Part shown: positions 17,801 to 25,839 of the stretch, in pieces
Layout: each line of letters opens with the position of its first letter
Position numbering within the stretch: the first letter of the stretch is position 1
The notes under the pieces: generated by a model
The model's input: the letters and a program-made list of their open reading frames with translations, nothing else
Database searches by the model: none
Told to the model about the DNA's origin: nothing
DNA from: Blastocatellia bacterium
GTDB taxonomy: Bacteria; Acidobacteriota; Blastocatellia; RBC074
DNA: 59,637 nt
Assembly (NCBI GenBank): GCA_043719385.1
Contig: JAYSTY010000474.1
Span: 1 to 59,637, forward strand
Direction: 5' to 3'
Translations under genes and position numbers: made by a program

Positions 17801-20783
17801 TTACACCAATAATGCAGGGAATTTATATTACTCCGATGATGGTGGTGTGAATTGGACGCAGCTTTCAATTCCAACCATAGGGACTTTCTGGTCTGCCAAT
17901 ACCGGAGTCCGCACTATGACGGTTATTGATAATATTGCCTACGGTATTATCGTCCGCTCGGGCGTTGTCACAATTTATTCCTCGCTTGAGGGCGTTACCT
18001 GGAAGCCCTTACCAACAAAACCAAATTTTGGACTCAATCAACCTGCCTACGCGTTATCAAATGGAAGTGCTCTTTTCTCATCCGATAGTAGTACGCAGAA
18101 TGCCTACACAGCCGATGCGGGAGCAAATTGGAAATCGTTAGGATCGCTTCCATATAACTTTACTGATTTGTCAGGCGATGGAGCTTTCACCTTTATTACT
18201 GGTAATGGCGCGGTGCAGTTCTCGCCAAATTTTGGTAGCTCGTGGACGGCAATGAATGCAGGCGTTCAGTTTTCTGGCGCACGCATCGTGGTTCACAATA
18301 ACGGCACTGTTTTTAGTGCAGTTGGCAACACTGTCTACTTCTCACCTGTACCAGTGCCGACGAATCGTCCGCCTGTTTTGACCGTTCCCGCAGCGCAAAG
18401 TACAAATCTTGGACAGCCTGTAAGTTTTACCGTTTCGGCTTCAGACCCGGATGCCGGACAAACAGTCACGGTGACGGCTTCAACTTTATCAGGCGCGACA
18501 TTTGATGCGGCTTCGGGGCAATTTACCTGGACGCCGCCTAAACGCGGAATTTTTCTGGTCAGCTTTGAAGCCGTAGATAATGGGACACCAATTCGTCGCG
18601 TCATCAAAAATGTAACGATCAATGTTTCAGGCAATACTCCGGCGGGTTATTGGTCAGTCACCAATCAAGGCTTACCGCAAAATGGTGGAAATACTAACAT
18701 CAACAATTTGGCTGGAATTAATGGAACTGTCGTCGGATCGGGAGGATTTTTATTCTCAACTTCTGATGGCGGTGATTCCTGGAGACAGGAAACCACTTCG
18801 GGGCTTATTGTTGGGCCAAGCTCAGCGAATACGACGCCTGCCTTTGCGGTTGATGGCCAAAAAATTGTCTTCGAAGGAGTTGGCATTTCGCAATTTCAGA
18901 CCGGACTAACCTATGTCAGGACTGGCAGTAGTTGGAGTACATACACCAATGGTCAATTTGCTTCGAATGTTGCCGCCACGCAGGTCAGGAATTTGATTGT
19001 CAACGGTAGCAGCTTTACAGCAATTTTCGGGAGCGTTGATAACACAGGAGGCGCAATCAATTTTTCTTCGGATAATGGGCTGAACTGGAATGTAATTTCT
19101 TCCGGCATCCCGAACGCGCCGGCATACCGTGCGATAGAAAAAATTGGCGATAATCTCTTCGCCGCGACGAGTGCTGGCATTTATCGAACTTCAGATAATG
19201 GACGCAACTGGACTGTAGTTAATACTGGCTTACCAGCTTCACCGAATGTGAACTTGTTGGCGAAAAATGGAGCGACGCTCTTCGCTACAATTGGCAGCGT
19301 TTTATATCGCTCTACCGACCTCGGAGCGAACTGGTCTGTCGCAAATAATACCTTGCCCGGACTTGCAACCATCAAAGCATTGCTTGTCACAAACGATCAA
19401 TTGTTTGTTGGTACAACCGGATTCACCTATTTCTCAACGGATAACGGAACGACTTTGACGGTGATGAATGCAGGGAACGCGCCAGGCGATATTCGTGCCT
19501 TAGCTTCTGACGGTACAAATTTATTTGCGCTCACCTCAGCCGGAAATGTTTATGTGACGCCGTTGCCTGTGCCGCCAAATAATCAGCCGCCGACAATTAC
19601 TGTTCCTGCGAATAGTACTGTGAACACAGGTCAAGCTGTGAATTTCAATGTTACCGGAGCTGATCCTGACGCGGGACAAACCGTGACAATTTCGGCTTCG
19701 GGCTTACCCGCAGGAGCTACATTCAATTCTGGCGCGTTCTCGTGGACACCAGCCACAGCAGGAACGTATCTAGTGAGTTTTACCGCCGCTGATAACGGAT
19801 CGCCTGTAAAAACCGCAACGAAAACAGTCACGATTACAGTGAATGGCGCATCGCCACAAGCGAACTGGGTCAACATTTCCAGTCGTATTCCGATTCCTAA
19901 TCCCGGCATTGGGGTAGCATTCGAGAATCTTCAGCATTTTGCCGTAGCTACACTTGGAACAAATTTATTTGTTGCACGGGCGGACGGTGTATATCGCTCA
20001 GGGGACGAAGGAGTGACCTGGGCGAAAATTGGGCAGACGCTCAGAGGTGCAAATGGTACAGATGTCGTGCAGAGCTTGTCTGTCGTCGGAACGAATATCT
20101 ATGCAGGCGTTTATCCAAATCATCTTTTTGTGAGCACTGACAACGGCAACACATGGACAGAGAAAAGTCAGGGCTTGCCAAGTGCCGCTTCATCACTAGC
20201 GTCTCCAACGCGTGTCATTGATGCGAATGGAACACTTTTTGTGGTGGATGGAGCGGCTACAAATGGAGTCTTAGTTGGAGCCTTGTATTTTTCCATCACC
20301 GGTGGCGCAACCTGGACACGCGCTGCCGCACCTGTGGCGAATGCTTCTGACATCGCTTTGGTCGGAACAAATATTTTTGCAACGGTGAATGGCAATGGTG
20401 TCTATCGCTCAACTGATGGCGGCTCCACCTGGACAAAACTAAACATCGCAAGTATCACGTTCGATATCAATGCAGTATTTAGCCTGGTAACAAATGGCGC
20501 TCAGGTAGTTGTGGCTACTCAATATAACGGGGTTTTCGTTAGTTCAAATAATGGCGATACCTGGACGAATATTGACACAACATCCGCACTGTCATTAGGG
20601 GCTAATAGCGCAACACTTTTTGTCGGAAGGTCTGGCTGGCCTGCTTTCACACCGATTACACCTGTGAATATTAAGACCGCTGATGGAGGTGCGCCTCCTG
20701 TTGCAGTCAAAGCATGGGCTTTCAGCAACAATTCGATATTCGCGGTTACAACCAATGGCTTTTACAAATCGCCCTTACCGTAA
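14877..20783 (+). CDS. giant secreted multidomain protein: TIGR03437-like domain, 4 Asp-box (BNR-like) beta-propeller regions, 2 cadherin-like and 3 He_PIG/dystroglycan-type Ig domains
   Basis: The N-terminus has a signal/TM segment. The motifs ...LVNGVEADLFYVGPTQINYLVP... and YSGVQPNFIGLDQINVELP are TIGR03437-like. There are about 20 S/TxDxGxxW Asp-boxes. DADGDPLSY...DSFTFKANDG is cadherin-like. PVITVPAAQ...VSFNVSATDPD... occurs three times. Confidence 0.9.
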   Translation: MPSNKNLNLSTYSVYFTLTFFFALFLTSMTVAQTVNPQPIVTVSAADYRPDTVVAADSIVAGFGVNLATGSEKGEDTDPATPGIQLPKKLQGARVLVNGVEADLFYVGPTQINYLVPKQTALGTAIIRVESQNGAFITHGTLQIGQVGPGIFTATQDGTGVPSAYVVRVKPDNSQINETISTYDTGTSRFLAKPIDLGPADEKVILILFLTGIRNAPDPNGDGNANESVRVLVNGNELVPAYSGVQPNFIGLDQINVELPRYLLGNSALDIQIKVNGILSNRSNIELVAPNLTNLGWRARGLAGRTVRNFASLGSYLFAATNEGVYRSSDNGANWVLGGGLPNATQFLSLAVYSNIIYAGSEGGGVWVSYDSGTNWTAFNTGLAGLNLTINGLTFDGVTLYASTSGGVCRYNRTLNIWEALSAGLSGANSFINNFLVDAGNYYIATNGGVCFYNRTSNIWETFNGGLSAGTKILTLASANGVLYAGTFGGGLCRYNRTSNQWEPIITGLPATLTVSSIVIDGRRCFIGARNGGVFVTNDGGATWQSVISGLTAPDLYALWLSGGAIFAGANQGGVFGAPLSSGNFSAWSQSVALNKNTSRGIILGGVDFLLNSLSYTVLTQPGHGSLTGTAPNLVYTPTTNYFGSDSFTFKINNGLADSPVATIYITIYSGGNSAPLANSQSVSTNQGISKAIVLSASDADGDPLSYAIVSAPTKGTLSGVAPNLIYTPNAGYAGADSFTFKANDGKADSNIATVLITVVQPNRAPVITVPAAQATTVTQAVSFNVSATDPDNGQALTITATGVPSGAVFNSPGGGTATFTWTPGVAGTYTVNFTATDSGSPQLSDSKSVTITVAPSLLAGYWSSSLITGGGTVQDFAFLNSNVIVGTTLGLWRSADNGVTWTAINAGLPAAKNIIKLVVVGNRLVAASGDAKIYFSDDLGANWSIGGTGLTQGGVAYPLGSLVVFGSRLLALINYTNNAGNLYYSDDGGVNWTQLSIPTIGTFWSANTGVRTMTVIDNIAYGIIVRSGVVTIYSSLEGVTWKPLPTKPNFGLNQPAYALSNGSALFSSDSSTQNAYTADAGANWKSLGSLPYNFTDLSGDGAFTFITGNGAVQFSPNFGSSWTAMNAGVQFSGARIVVHNNGTVFSAVGNTVYFSPVPVPTNRPPVLTVPAAQSTNLGQPVSFTVSASDPDAGQTVTVTASTLSGATFDAASGQFTWTPPKRGIFLVSFEAVDNGTPIRRVIKNVTINVSGNTPAGYWSVTNQGLPQNGGNTNINNLAGINGTVVGSGGFLFSTSDGGDSWRQETTSGLIVGPSSANTTPAFAVDGQKIVFEGVGISQFQTGLTYVRTGSSWSTYTNGQFASNVAATQVRNLIVNGSSFTAIFGSVDNTGGAINFSSDNGLNWNVISSGIPNAPAYRAIEKIGDNLFAATSAGIYRTSDNGRNWTVVNTGLPASPNVNLLAKNGATLFATIGSVLYRSTDLGANWSVANNTLPGLATIKALLVTNDQLFVGTTGFTYFSTDNGTTLTVMNAGNAPGDIRALASDGTNLFALTSAGNVYVTPLPVPPNNQPPTITVPANSTVNTGQAVNFNVTGADPDAGQTVTISASGLPAGATFNSGAFSWTPATAGTYLVSFTAADNGSPVKTATKTVTITVNGASPQANWVNISSRIPIPNPGIGVAFENLQHFAVATLGTNLFVARADGVYRSGDEGVTWAKIGQTLRGANGTDVVQSLSVVGTNIYAGVYPNHLFVSTDNGNTWTEKSQGLPSAASSLASPTRVIDANGTLFVVDGAATNGVLVGALYFSITGGATWTRAAAPVANASDIALVGTNIFATVNGNGVYRSTDGGSTWTKLNIASITFDINAVFSLVTNGAQVVVATQYNGVFVSSNNGDTWTNIDTTSALSLGANSATLFVGRSGWPAFTPITPVNIKTADGGAPPVAVKAWAFSNNSIFAVTTNGFYKSPLP
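17163..20780 (+). repeat. three tandem ~1.2-kb coding modules (Ig-like He_PIG domain + ~300-aa Asp-box propeller) inside the giant gene
   Basis: The modules start at N-R-A-P-V-I-T-V-P-A-A-Q (17163), N-R-P-P-V-L-T-V-P-A-A-Q (18363) and N-N-Q-P-P-T-I-T-V-P-A-N (19578), giving periods of 1200 and 1215 nt. Confidence 0.8.
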
Positions 20784-20820
20784 ATTTGAAACTGAACAGA
20801 GCACATGAAAATTTAAACCA

Positions 20821-20851
20821 GGGCAAGCCTTCATCGGGCTTGCCCTTTTTT
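20821..20851 (+). terminator. rho-independent terminator of the giant gene
   Basis: gggcaagcc-ttcatc-gggcttgccc followed by tttttt, 38 nt after the stop codon. Confidence 0.8.
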
Positions 20852-21123
20852 AGTGTGGGGCAGGTTTTATTTCCCTGGAACTTGTCCCCTTTTTTTCGCT
20901 TTCCTGCGTATTGAGGCAGGACAATCCTAAACTTTAGAAGAAATGTTGCCTCACATTGCAGGACTGTTTGGTCATTGGTCAGGGACAACGTTGGTTGGGC
21001 TGGTTTGCCAGGAGTTTCAGGGGGAAGCACAGGCAGGCTTAGTCGCGCAATTGACGAAATTCGTTTGCTGACCAATGACCAGGCAGTCTTCAATCAAACT
21101 ACCGAAAAAGATAAGGAAATAGT

Positions 21124-21198
21124 ATGAAACTCTTTGCCAAAAATTTGCTCTCACTGCTGGTCGAAGTCCTGGGGATGCTTTCACCAATTTCTGGATAA
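21124..21198 (+). CDS. candidate 24-aa small ORF (MKLFAKNLLSLLVEVLGMLSPISG)
   Basis: ATG is preceded by aaggaaatagt. The peptide is hydrophobic/amphipathic and a terminator-like hairpin lies 35 nt downstream. There is no homology evidence. Confidence 0.2.
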   Translation: MKLFAKNLLSLLVEVLGMLSPISG

Positions 21199-21232
21199 AG
21201 CGATGGACTGGAAAATTCAGGAAGGAGGCCGA

Positions 21233-21280
21233 GAAGGCAAAACGGATACAATGAAATTTCCGTTTTGCCTTCTTCCTTTT
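21233..21280 (+). terminator. 14-bp perfect hairpin with T-rich tail
   Basis: gaaggcaaaacgga (21233-21246) pairs with tccgttttgccttc (21259-21272), then ttcctttt. The T-tract is only on the + strand. On the - strand the hairpin sits 17 nt past the GT2 stop. Confidence 0.55.
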
Positions 21281-21288
21281 AAGCTGAG

Positions 21289-22275
21289 CTAATTTCTGAT
21301 CCCGACAGGTTTGCCGGGTAATTCGCTGCGGTAAACTCGCGCGATGCTGTAGGTCGTGCGATGTTCGGGCGCGTAATAAAGTCGCGCAAATAAATCGCCA
21401 ATAAAACCCAGGCCAAGAAACTGCATTCCGCCTAAAAAAGTCACCGCGCTGAACAGCAGCATCGGCCCATTTTGGATAAAGATGTCTTCGTGCCAGAGCA
21501 GCTTTTTGGTTAAGAGCCACAGGGCAATTAAGCCCGCCAGCAAAATCATCAGCCCGCCAATTTTGCCGAAAAAATGTAATGGACGAGCCATATACCGCAA
21601 CAAAAACCTGATCGTCAAAATATCGAACAAGACCCGAAACGTCCGCGAAATTCCGTAATGCGATTTGCCTGTCGCACGTGGCATATCGGTGATTTCAACT
21701 TCAACTATCGAAGCGCCTTCGATATGCGCCAGGGCCGGAATGAAGCGGTGCATTTGTCCATACAGCGGAATGCGCTCCAGAATTTCGCGGCGATACGCTT
21801 TGAAGGTCGTTCCGAAATCGTGCAGTGGCACCTCCGAAGCTTTCGCCATCAGCTTGTTCGCCAGTAATGACGGAAACGTCCGCAAAAATCCATCGCGTCT
21901 GTTTTGCCGCCAGCCGCTCACGATGTCATAACCCTCAGCAATTTTTTCGATGAAGCGCGGGATGTCTTCGGGCATGTGTTGCTGGTCACCATCCATCGCA
22001 ATAATAATTTCGCCTGTCGCCCGATCAAACCCTGCCGACAAACCAGCCGTTTGTCCGAAATTGCGTCGCAAACGGATTCCCACCACACGCGGGTCAAGCG
22101 CGGCAATTTCCCGCATCCTCCCCTGCGTCTGATCAGTGCTGCCGTCATCCACCAAAATTATTTCGTATTCGTCGCCAATGGATTCCATTACTTTGGTCAA
22201 TCGTTTGTACATTGGTCTGACGTTGGCTTCTTCATTATGAAACGGGACAACTATTGAATATCGCGGATAATTCAT
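21289..22275 (-). CDS. GT2 family polyprenyl-phosphate glycosyltransferase (DPM1/GtrB/ArnC-like)
   Basis: YSIVVPFHNEE...EIILVDDGSTD...IAMDGDQQHMPEDI (DxD context), plus two C-terminal TM helices typical of GtrB/ArnC-type enzymes. Confidence 0.85.
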   Translation of the reverse strand: MNYPRYSIVVPFHNEEANVRPMYKRLTKVMESIGDEYEIILVDDGSTDQTQGRMREIAALDPRVVGIRLRRNFGQTAGLSAGFDRATGEIIIAMDGDQQHMPEDIPRFIEKIAEGYDIVSGWRQNRRDGFLRTFPSLLANKLMAKASEVPLHDFGTTFKAYRREILERIPLYGQMHRFIPALAHIEGASIVEVEITDMPRATGKSHYGISRTFRVLFDILTIRFLLRYMARPLHFFGKIGGLMILLAGLIALWLLTKKLLWHEDIFIQNGPMLLFSAVTFLGGMQFLGLGFIGDLFARLYYAPEHRTTYSIARVYRSELPGKPVGIRN

Positions 22276-22464
22276 GGCGTTACTTCGTCCAATAATTTGT
22301 CAGGGGGAATGTAAATGACCTGATGCCGATGGAGCAGGGGAACTCTTTCAGGTAACTGCACTAATAAATTGCAATTCCAGGCTCGGTGACAGACATTGGT
22401 AATTGCAAATCTTTAATACGGCGCAGGAACACGGCTGGTTGCACCAAATATTATCGAATAATGT

Positions 22465-22494
22465 TTGACATCCTGCGAACCTGGTTCATATCAT
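22465..22494 (+). promoter_or_regulatory. candidate sigma-70-type promoter for the lrp-like gene
   Basis: TTGACA (22465-22470), an 18-nt spacer, then TATCAT (22489-22494), about 40 nt upstream of the ATG at 22535. Confidence 0.35.
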
Positions 22495-22534
22495 ACGGCA
22501 GAGAAGTGGTAAATTTATTTTTATAGGTAAAATA

Positions 22535-23038
22535 ATGCCTGACACTATAGATTATAAGTTGTGCGAATTGCTGCAAATGCGGGGGCGTGCCTCTCAGCTT
22601 GAGCTGGCACAGGCGGTTAAGCTCTCGCAACCGGCGGTTGCCGAGCGTCTGCGCAAACTGGAAGAGCAGGGAATTATCAACGGGTATACGGCGGTTGTGA
22701 ATGCGAAAAAGCTGGGCAGGGACATCACGGCCTTCATCGGAGTTTTCACCAACCATCCGCGTTATCACGAAAGCTTTGTCAAAAGCGTGACCGCGATTGA
22801 TGAAGTGCTGGAATGTCATCGTGTCGCCGGCACCGATTCGTATTTGCTCAAAATTAAAACTGCCAATACGAGCAGTCTTGATTTATTAATCGCGCGCATT
22901 CGTTCGATTAACGGTGTCGAGCGCACACAAACGACGATTGCTATTGCGACGCTGAAAGAAAGCACCCACATCACTCCGGCTCAGCCTGAAGCTGAAGAAA
23001 CAAAACTAATTAAGCGAGTTAGAAAGGCGAGGAAGTAA
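22535..23038 (+). CDS. Lrp/AsnC family transcriptional regulator
   Basis: N-terminal HTH (DYKLCELLQMRGRASQLELAQAVKLSQPAVAERLRKLEEQGII) followed by a RAM/ACT-like domain. Confidence 0.9.
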   Translation: MPDTIDYKLCELLQMRGRASQLELAQAVKLSQPAVAERLRKLEEQGIINGYTAVVNAKKLGRDITAFIGVFTNHPRYHESFVKSVTAIDEVLECHRVAGTDSYLLKIKTANTSSLDLLIARIRSINGVERTQTTIAIATLKESTHITPAQPEAEETKLIKRVRKARK

Positions 23039-23040
23039 TT

Positions 23041-24264
23041 ATGACCGCTAACACTGTTGCACCTGTTCGGCTGCCAAATTTTTCACGACGCATTGAGGGC
23101 GCTGAAGTTTCTGCCGTGCGCGAGATTTTGAAAGTGACGGAAAAGCCGGAAATCATTTCGTTTGCGGGCGGTTTGCCGGCCCCGGAATTTTTTCCCAAAG
23201 CGCAAATGGCACAGGCTTTTCAACAAACGATTTTGGCAGAAGGCGAAAAGGCTTTGCAATATTCGACCACAGAAGGTCACGCACCTTTACGCGAATGGAT
23301 TGCCGCACGCATGCAAGGGAAGGGACTTGCCGCCGTTGCGAACAATATTTTGATTACCAGCGGCTCACAACAGGGACTGGATTTGCTGGCAAAAGTTTTG
23401 GTCAACGCGGGCGACAAAATTATGGTTGAACGCCCGACTTATCTGGCGGCGTTACAAACGTTTTCGTTATTTGAAGCGCGATACATCACCGTTGACAGTG
23501 ATGATAATGGCATGGATGTTGACGATGCCGAACGAAAGTTGCAGGCCAATCCCGACATTAAATTAATTTACCTTATCCCGAATTTTCAAAATCCTTCAGG
23601 AACTACGCTCAGCCTCGAACGGCGGCAGAAGTTGCTGGCATTGGCTGCGCGTTATGGCGTGCGAATTCTTGAGGACGATCCATACGGCGAATTGCGTTAT
23701 CGCGGCGCATCATTGCCGCCGATTAAATCTTTTGACACCGAAGGGCTGGTAACTTACATCAGCACCTTTTCAAAAACGATTACGCCAGGTTTGCGCGTAG
23801 CGTGGCTGGTGGCTGAGCCGAAAATTTATGCGCGGCTCATAATGGCAAAACAGGCCACAGATTTGCACACGAACACGGTTTCGCAATTTGCAGTGTATCG
23901 CTATTTGACGGAAAACGATTCCGATCAGCACGTGACCAGCTTGCGCGGAGTTTACGGCGAACGCTGTGCTGTGATGCTGGCTGCGCTGGAACAATATTTT
24001 CCCGCTGGCGTGCGCTGGACAAAGCCCGAAGGCGGCATGTTTCTGTGGGTCGAAATGCCAAAGCAGCTCAATACTTCCCAATTGTTGACTGACGCGATTA
24101 ACGCCAAAGTCGCGTATGTTCCTGGCGCACCATTCTTTGCGAATGAAAAACCGCAAAATTTCCTGCGCTTGAATTTCTCGAACCAAACACCGGAGCGCAT
24201 TAAACTGGGGATTAAAAAATTGGCGGAAGTATTTGCCCAAAGTGGATTGGGCAATGCCGCTTAA
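23041..24264 (+). CDS. PLP-dependent aminotransferase, class I/II (LysN/2-aminoadipate transaminase-like)
   Basis: ISFAGGLPAPEFFP, NPSGTTLS and STFSKTITPGLRVAW (PLP-lysine motif). 407 aa. Confidence 0.85.
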   Translation: MTANTVAPVRLPNFSRRIEGAEVSAVREILKVTEKPEIISFAGGLPAPEFFPKAQMAQAFQQTILAEGEKALQYSTTEGHAPLREWIAARMQGKGLAAVANNILITSGSQQGLDLLAKVLVNAGDKIMVERPTYLAALQTFSLFEARYITVDSDDNGMDVDDAERKLQANPDIKLIYLIPNFQNPSGTTLSLERRQKLLALAARYGVRILEDDPYGELRYRGASLPPIKSFDTEGLVTYISTFSKTITPGLRVAWLVAEPKIYARLIMAKQATDLHTNTVSQFAVYRYLTENDSDQHVTSLRGVYGERCAVMLAALEQYFPAGVRWTKPEGGMFLWVEMPKQLNTSQLLTDAINAKVAYVPGAPFFANEKPQNFLRLNFSNQTPERIKLGIKKLAEVFAQSGLGNAA

Positions 24265-24401
24265 GCTTTAGCGGTAAACCTCCAGCTATTTGTGAATTCC
24301 CGGCTTAATATTTTTCTCTCATGGAAATCACTCCCGCGCATGTGTTAAATTTTATCCGGTAAGAACTGGAAATCATTAGCCCTTTGGAGGTTTACATCAA
24401 C

Positions 24402-24731
24402 ATGCCCATTTACGAATATGCCTGCACAAAATGTGGACATCATTTGGAAGTGTTACAAAAATTAAGCGATAAGCCGCTGTCTCGTTGCCCTGAATGCAAA
24501 GGCAAACTGGAAAAACAATTTTCGCAAACCAGCTTTCAACTCAAAGGCACAGGCTGGTACGTGACGGATTACAGCAAGAGCGGTGCCGATAAAAAAGACA
24601 AAAAGTCAGAGCCGAAAACTGACGAAAAAACCGAAAAGACCGAGCAGAAAACTGAAACGAAAACTGAAACCAAAGCTGAGACAAAAACTGAGAAGAAGGC
24701 TGATAAGAAACCTGAACCTGCCGCTGCCTGA
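24402..24731 (+). CDS. FmdB-family zinc-ribbon protein with K/E/T-rich tail
   Basis: MPIYEYACTKCGHHLEVLQKLSDKPLSRCPECKG is the CxxC...CxxC FmdB signature. The ATG at 24402 lies 11 nt after GGAGG. The ORF track start is 24384. Confidence 0.85.
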   Translation: MPIYEYACTKCGHHLEVLQKLSDKPLSRCPECKGKLEKQFSQTSFQLKGTGWYVTDYSKSGADKKDKKSEPKTDEKTEKTEQKTETKTETKAETKTEKKADKKPEPAAA

Positions 24732-24784
24732 ATGTCTGGTTTCGCACAGGCAGACACGGCGATTCATAATTAGAGGTAGTAGTT

Positions 24785-25780
24785 ATGCAATCACTGATCA
24801 CGCTCAACGAGCAACCGTTTCCGATGCTGCGAATTCATTTTCGCGCCTCGGTGGTTTTATGTTTTTTGCTGGCAGGCCTGAGTCAAATGATTCTGGCACA
24901 GGCGGGTCGTAATCTCACTACCTCGCGCCGTACGACGACGGTTCCACTGATCGTCAGATTTACTGAAGATACAACCAAGCCGCGCCCCTTACTTGCCGGA
25001 CACAAAGCGCAGGCAGAAAATGAGAAAGTGCTGACCAGAGATAAGATTGAGCTTTTTGATGGCGGTGTGCCACAAAAAATTGAATCGCTCGCGCCTGATC
25101 CGAGTCCGGCCCGCATCGTGATCCTGATGGACAATTCGGCGACGTTACCGACGGATGTCAAAAAGCTTGCGGCTGTGCCTGCGGCCTTCGCGCCGGAAAT
25201 TTATGAAGGTGACAAAGTGATGGTAATTGGTTATGACCTGAAACCTGAAATCATCACGGAATTCACGGATAAACCCGAAGAATTGCAAAATACTTTGGCG
25301 CTGTTGCGCAAGTCTGACACCCCGCGTTTATTCGACGCGTTGGATGTGGCGATGGAAGATGTGTTGCGTCCGGCGGTGGGCTATTCCAAGCGCGTGATCG
25401 TGGTCGTGACGGATGGTTTAGACCGCGCCAGTAAAGTCAAATTCGAGAAAATACTCAGCACGCTACAAGACGAAAATATTACAGTTTATGCAATTCAGGT
25501 CAAAGACCGGACACGCGGTGCACTGCGTAAAGACGCGCCCAAACCAGTTGATTGTCTGGAGCAGTTAACGAGTGGCACCGGCGGGAAAATCTTCTCAATT
25601 GACGGCGACATTCGGGAAGCAGTCAAAGAAATTTGTGATGAACAACGTAACGAGCGATATTCGCTGACTTACTATCCCGAGGGCGTCAACGTTATCAACA
25701 AACGGTATTTATTACTCTCTTCTTTCGATCACAGCGTCGTCACACGCCTCAAGGGATTTCATCCGCCGCACCAATACTAA
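24785..25780 (+). CDS. secreted VWA-domain protein (TIGR03436-like acidobacterial VWFA family)
   Basis: Signal-like N-terminus, IVILMDNSATL (MIDAS-like region), VIVVVTDGLDRAS, ITVYAIQV, and TGGKIFSI...YSLTYYP at the end. Confidence 0.8.
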   Translation: MQSLITLNEQPFPMLRIHFRASVVLCFLLAGLSQMILAQAGRNLTTSRRTTTVPLIVRFTEDTTKPRPLLAGHKAQAENEKVLTRDKIELFDGGVPQKIESLAPDPSPARIVILMDNSATLPTDVKKLAAVPAAFAPEIYEGDKVMVIGYDLKPEIITEFTDKPEELQNTLALLRKSDTPRLFDALDVAMEDVLRPAVGYSKRVIVVVTDGLDRASKVKFEKILSTLQDENITVYAIQVKDRTRGALRKDAPKPVDCLEQLTSGTGGKIFSIDGDIREAVKEICDEQRNERYSLTYYPEGVNVINKRYLLLSSFDHSVVTRLKGFHPPHQY

Positions 25781-25839
25781 AATGTCTGTGGTCAGTACCG
25801 TCTGCAGTAGCGGGCGGGTCAGGCGGTGGAAACTGACTT

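Noticed and set aside
15368-20755. About 20 short antisense or alternative-frame ORFs (60-100 aa) listed inside the giant gene
   Set aside because: All are nested within a long ORF that has strong domain signatures. They have no RBS, and their composition simply mirrors the Gly/Thr/Ala-rich coding strand.
14877-20783. A possible CRISPR array or other nucleotide tandem array suggested by the periodic repeats in the giant gene
   Set aside because: The periodicity is about 1.2 kb, sits inside one continuous 1968-codon reading frame, and is conserved mainly at the protein level. No short direct repeats with unique spacers occur anywhere in the window.
20746-21520. Minus-strand ORFs 20746..21093 (115 aa) and 21017..21520 (167 aa)
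   Set aside because: The second overlaps the 3' part of the well-supported GT2 gene in another frame. Both run across a terminator and inverted repeats, and they have Arg/Cys/Phe-rich, non-protein-like sequences.
25785-25835. Possible third copy of the GGTACWGTACC-type motif (ggtcagtaccgtctgcagtagcgggcgggtcaggcgg)
   Set aside because: It shares only about 8 nt (cggtactg on the reverse strand) with the other two. That is too weak to call the same element.
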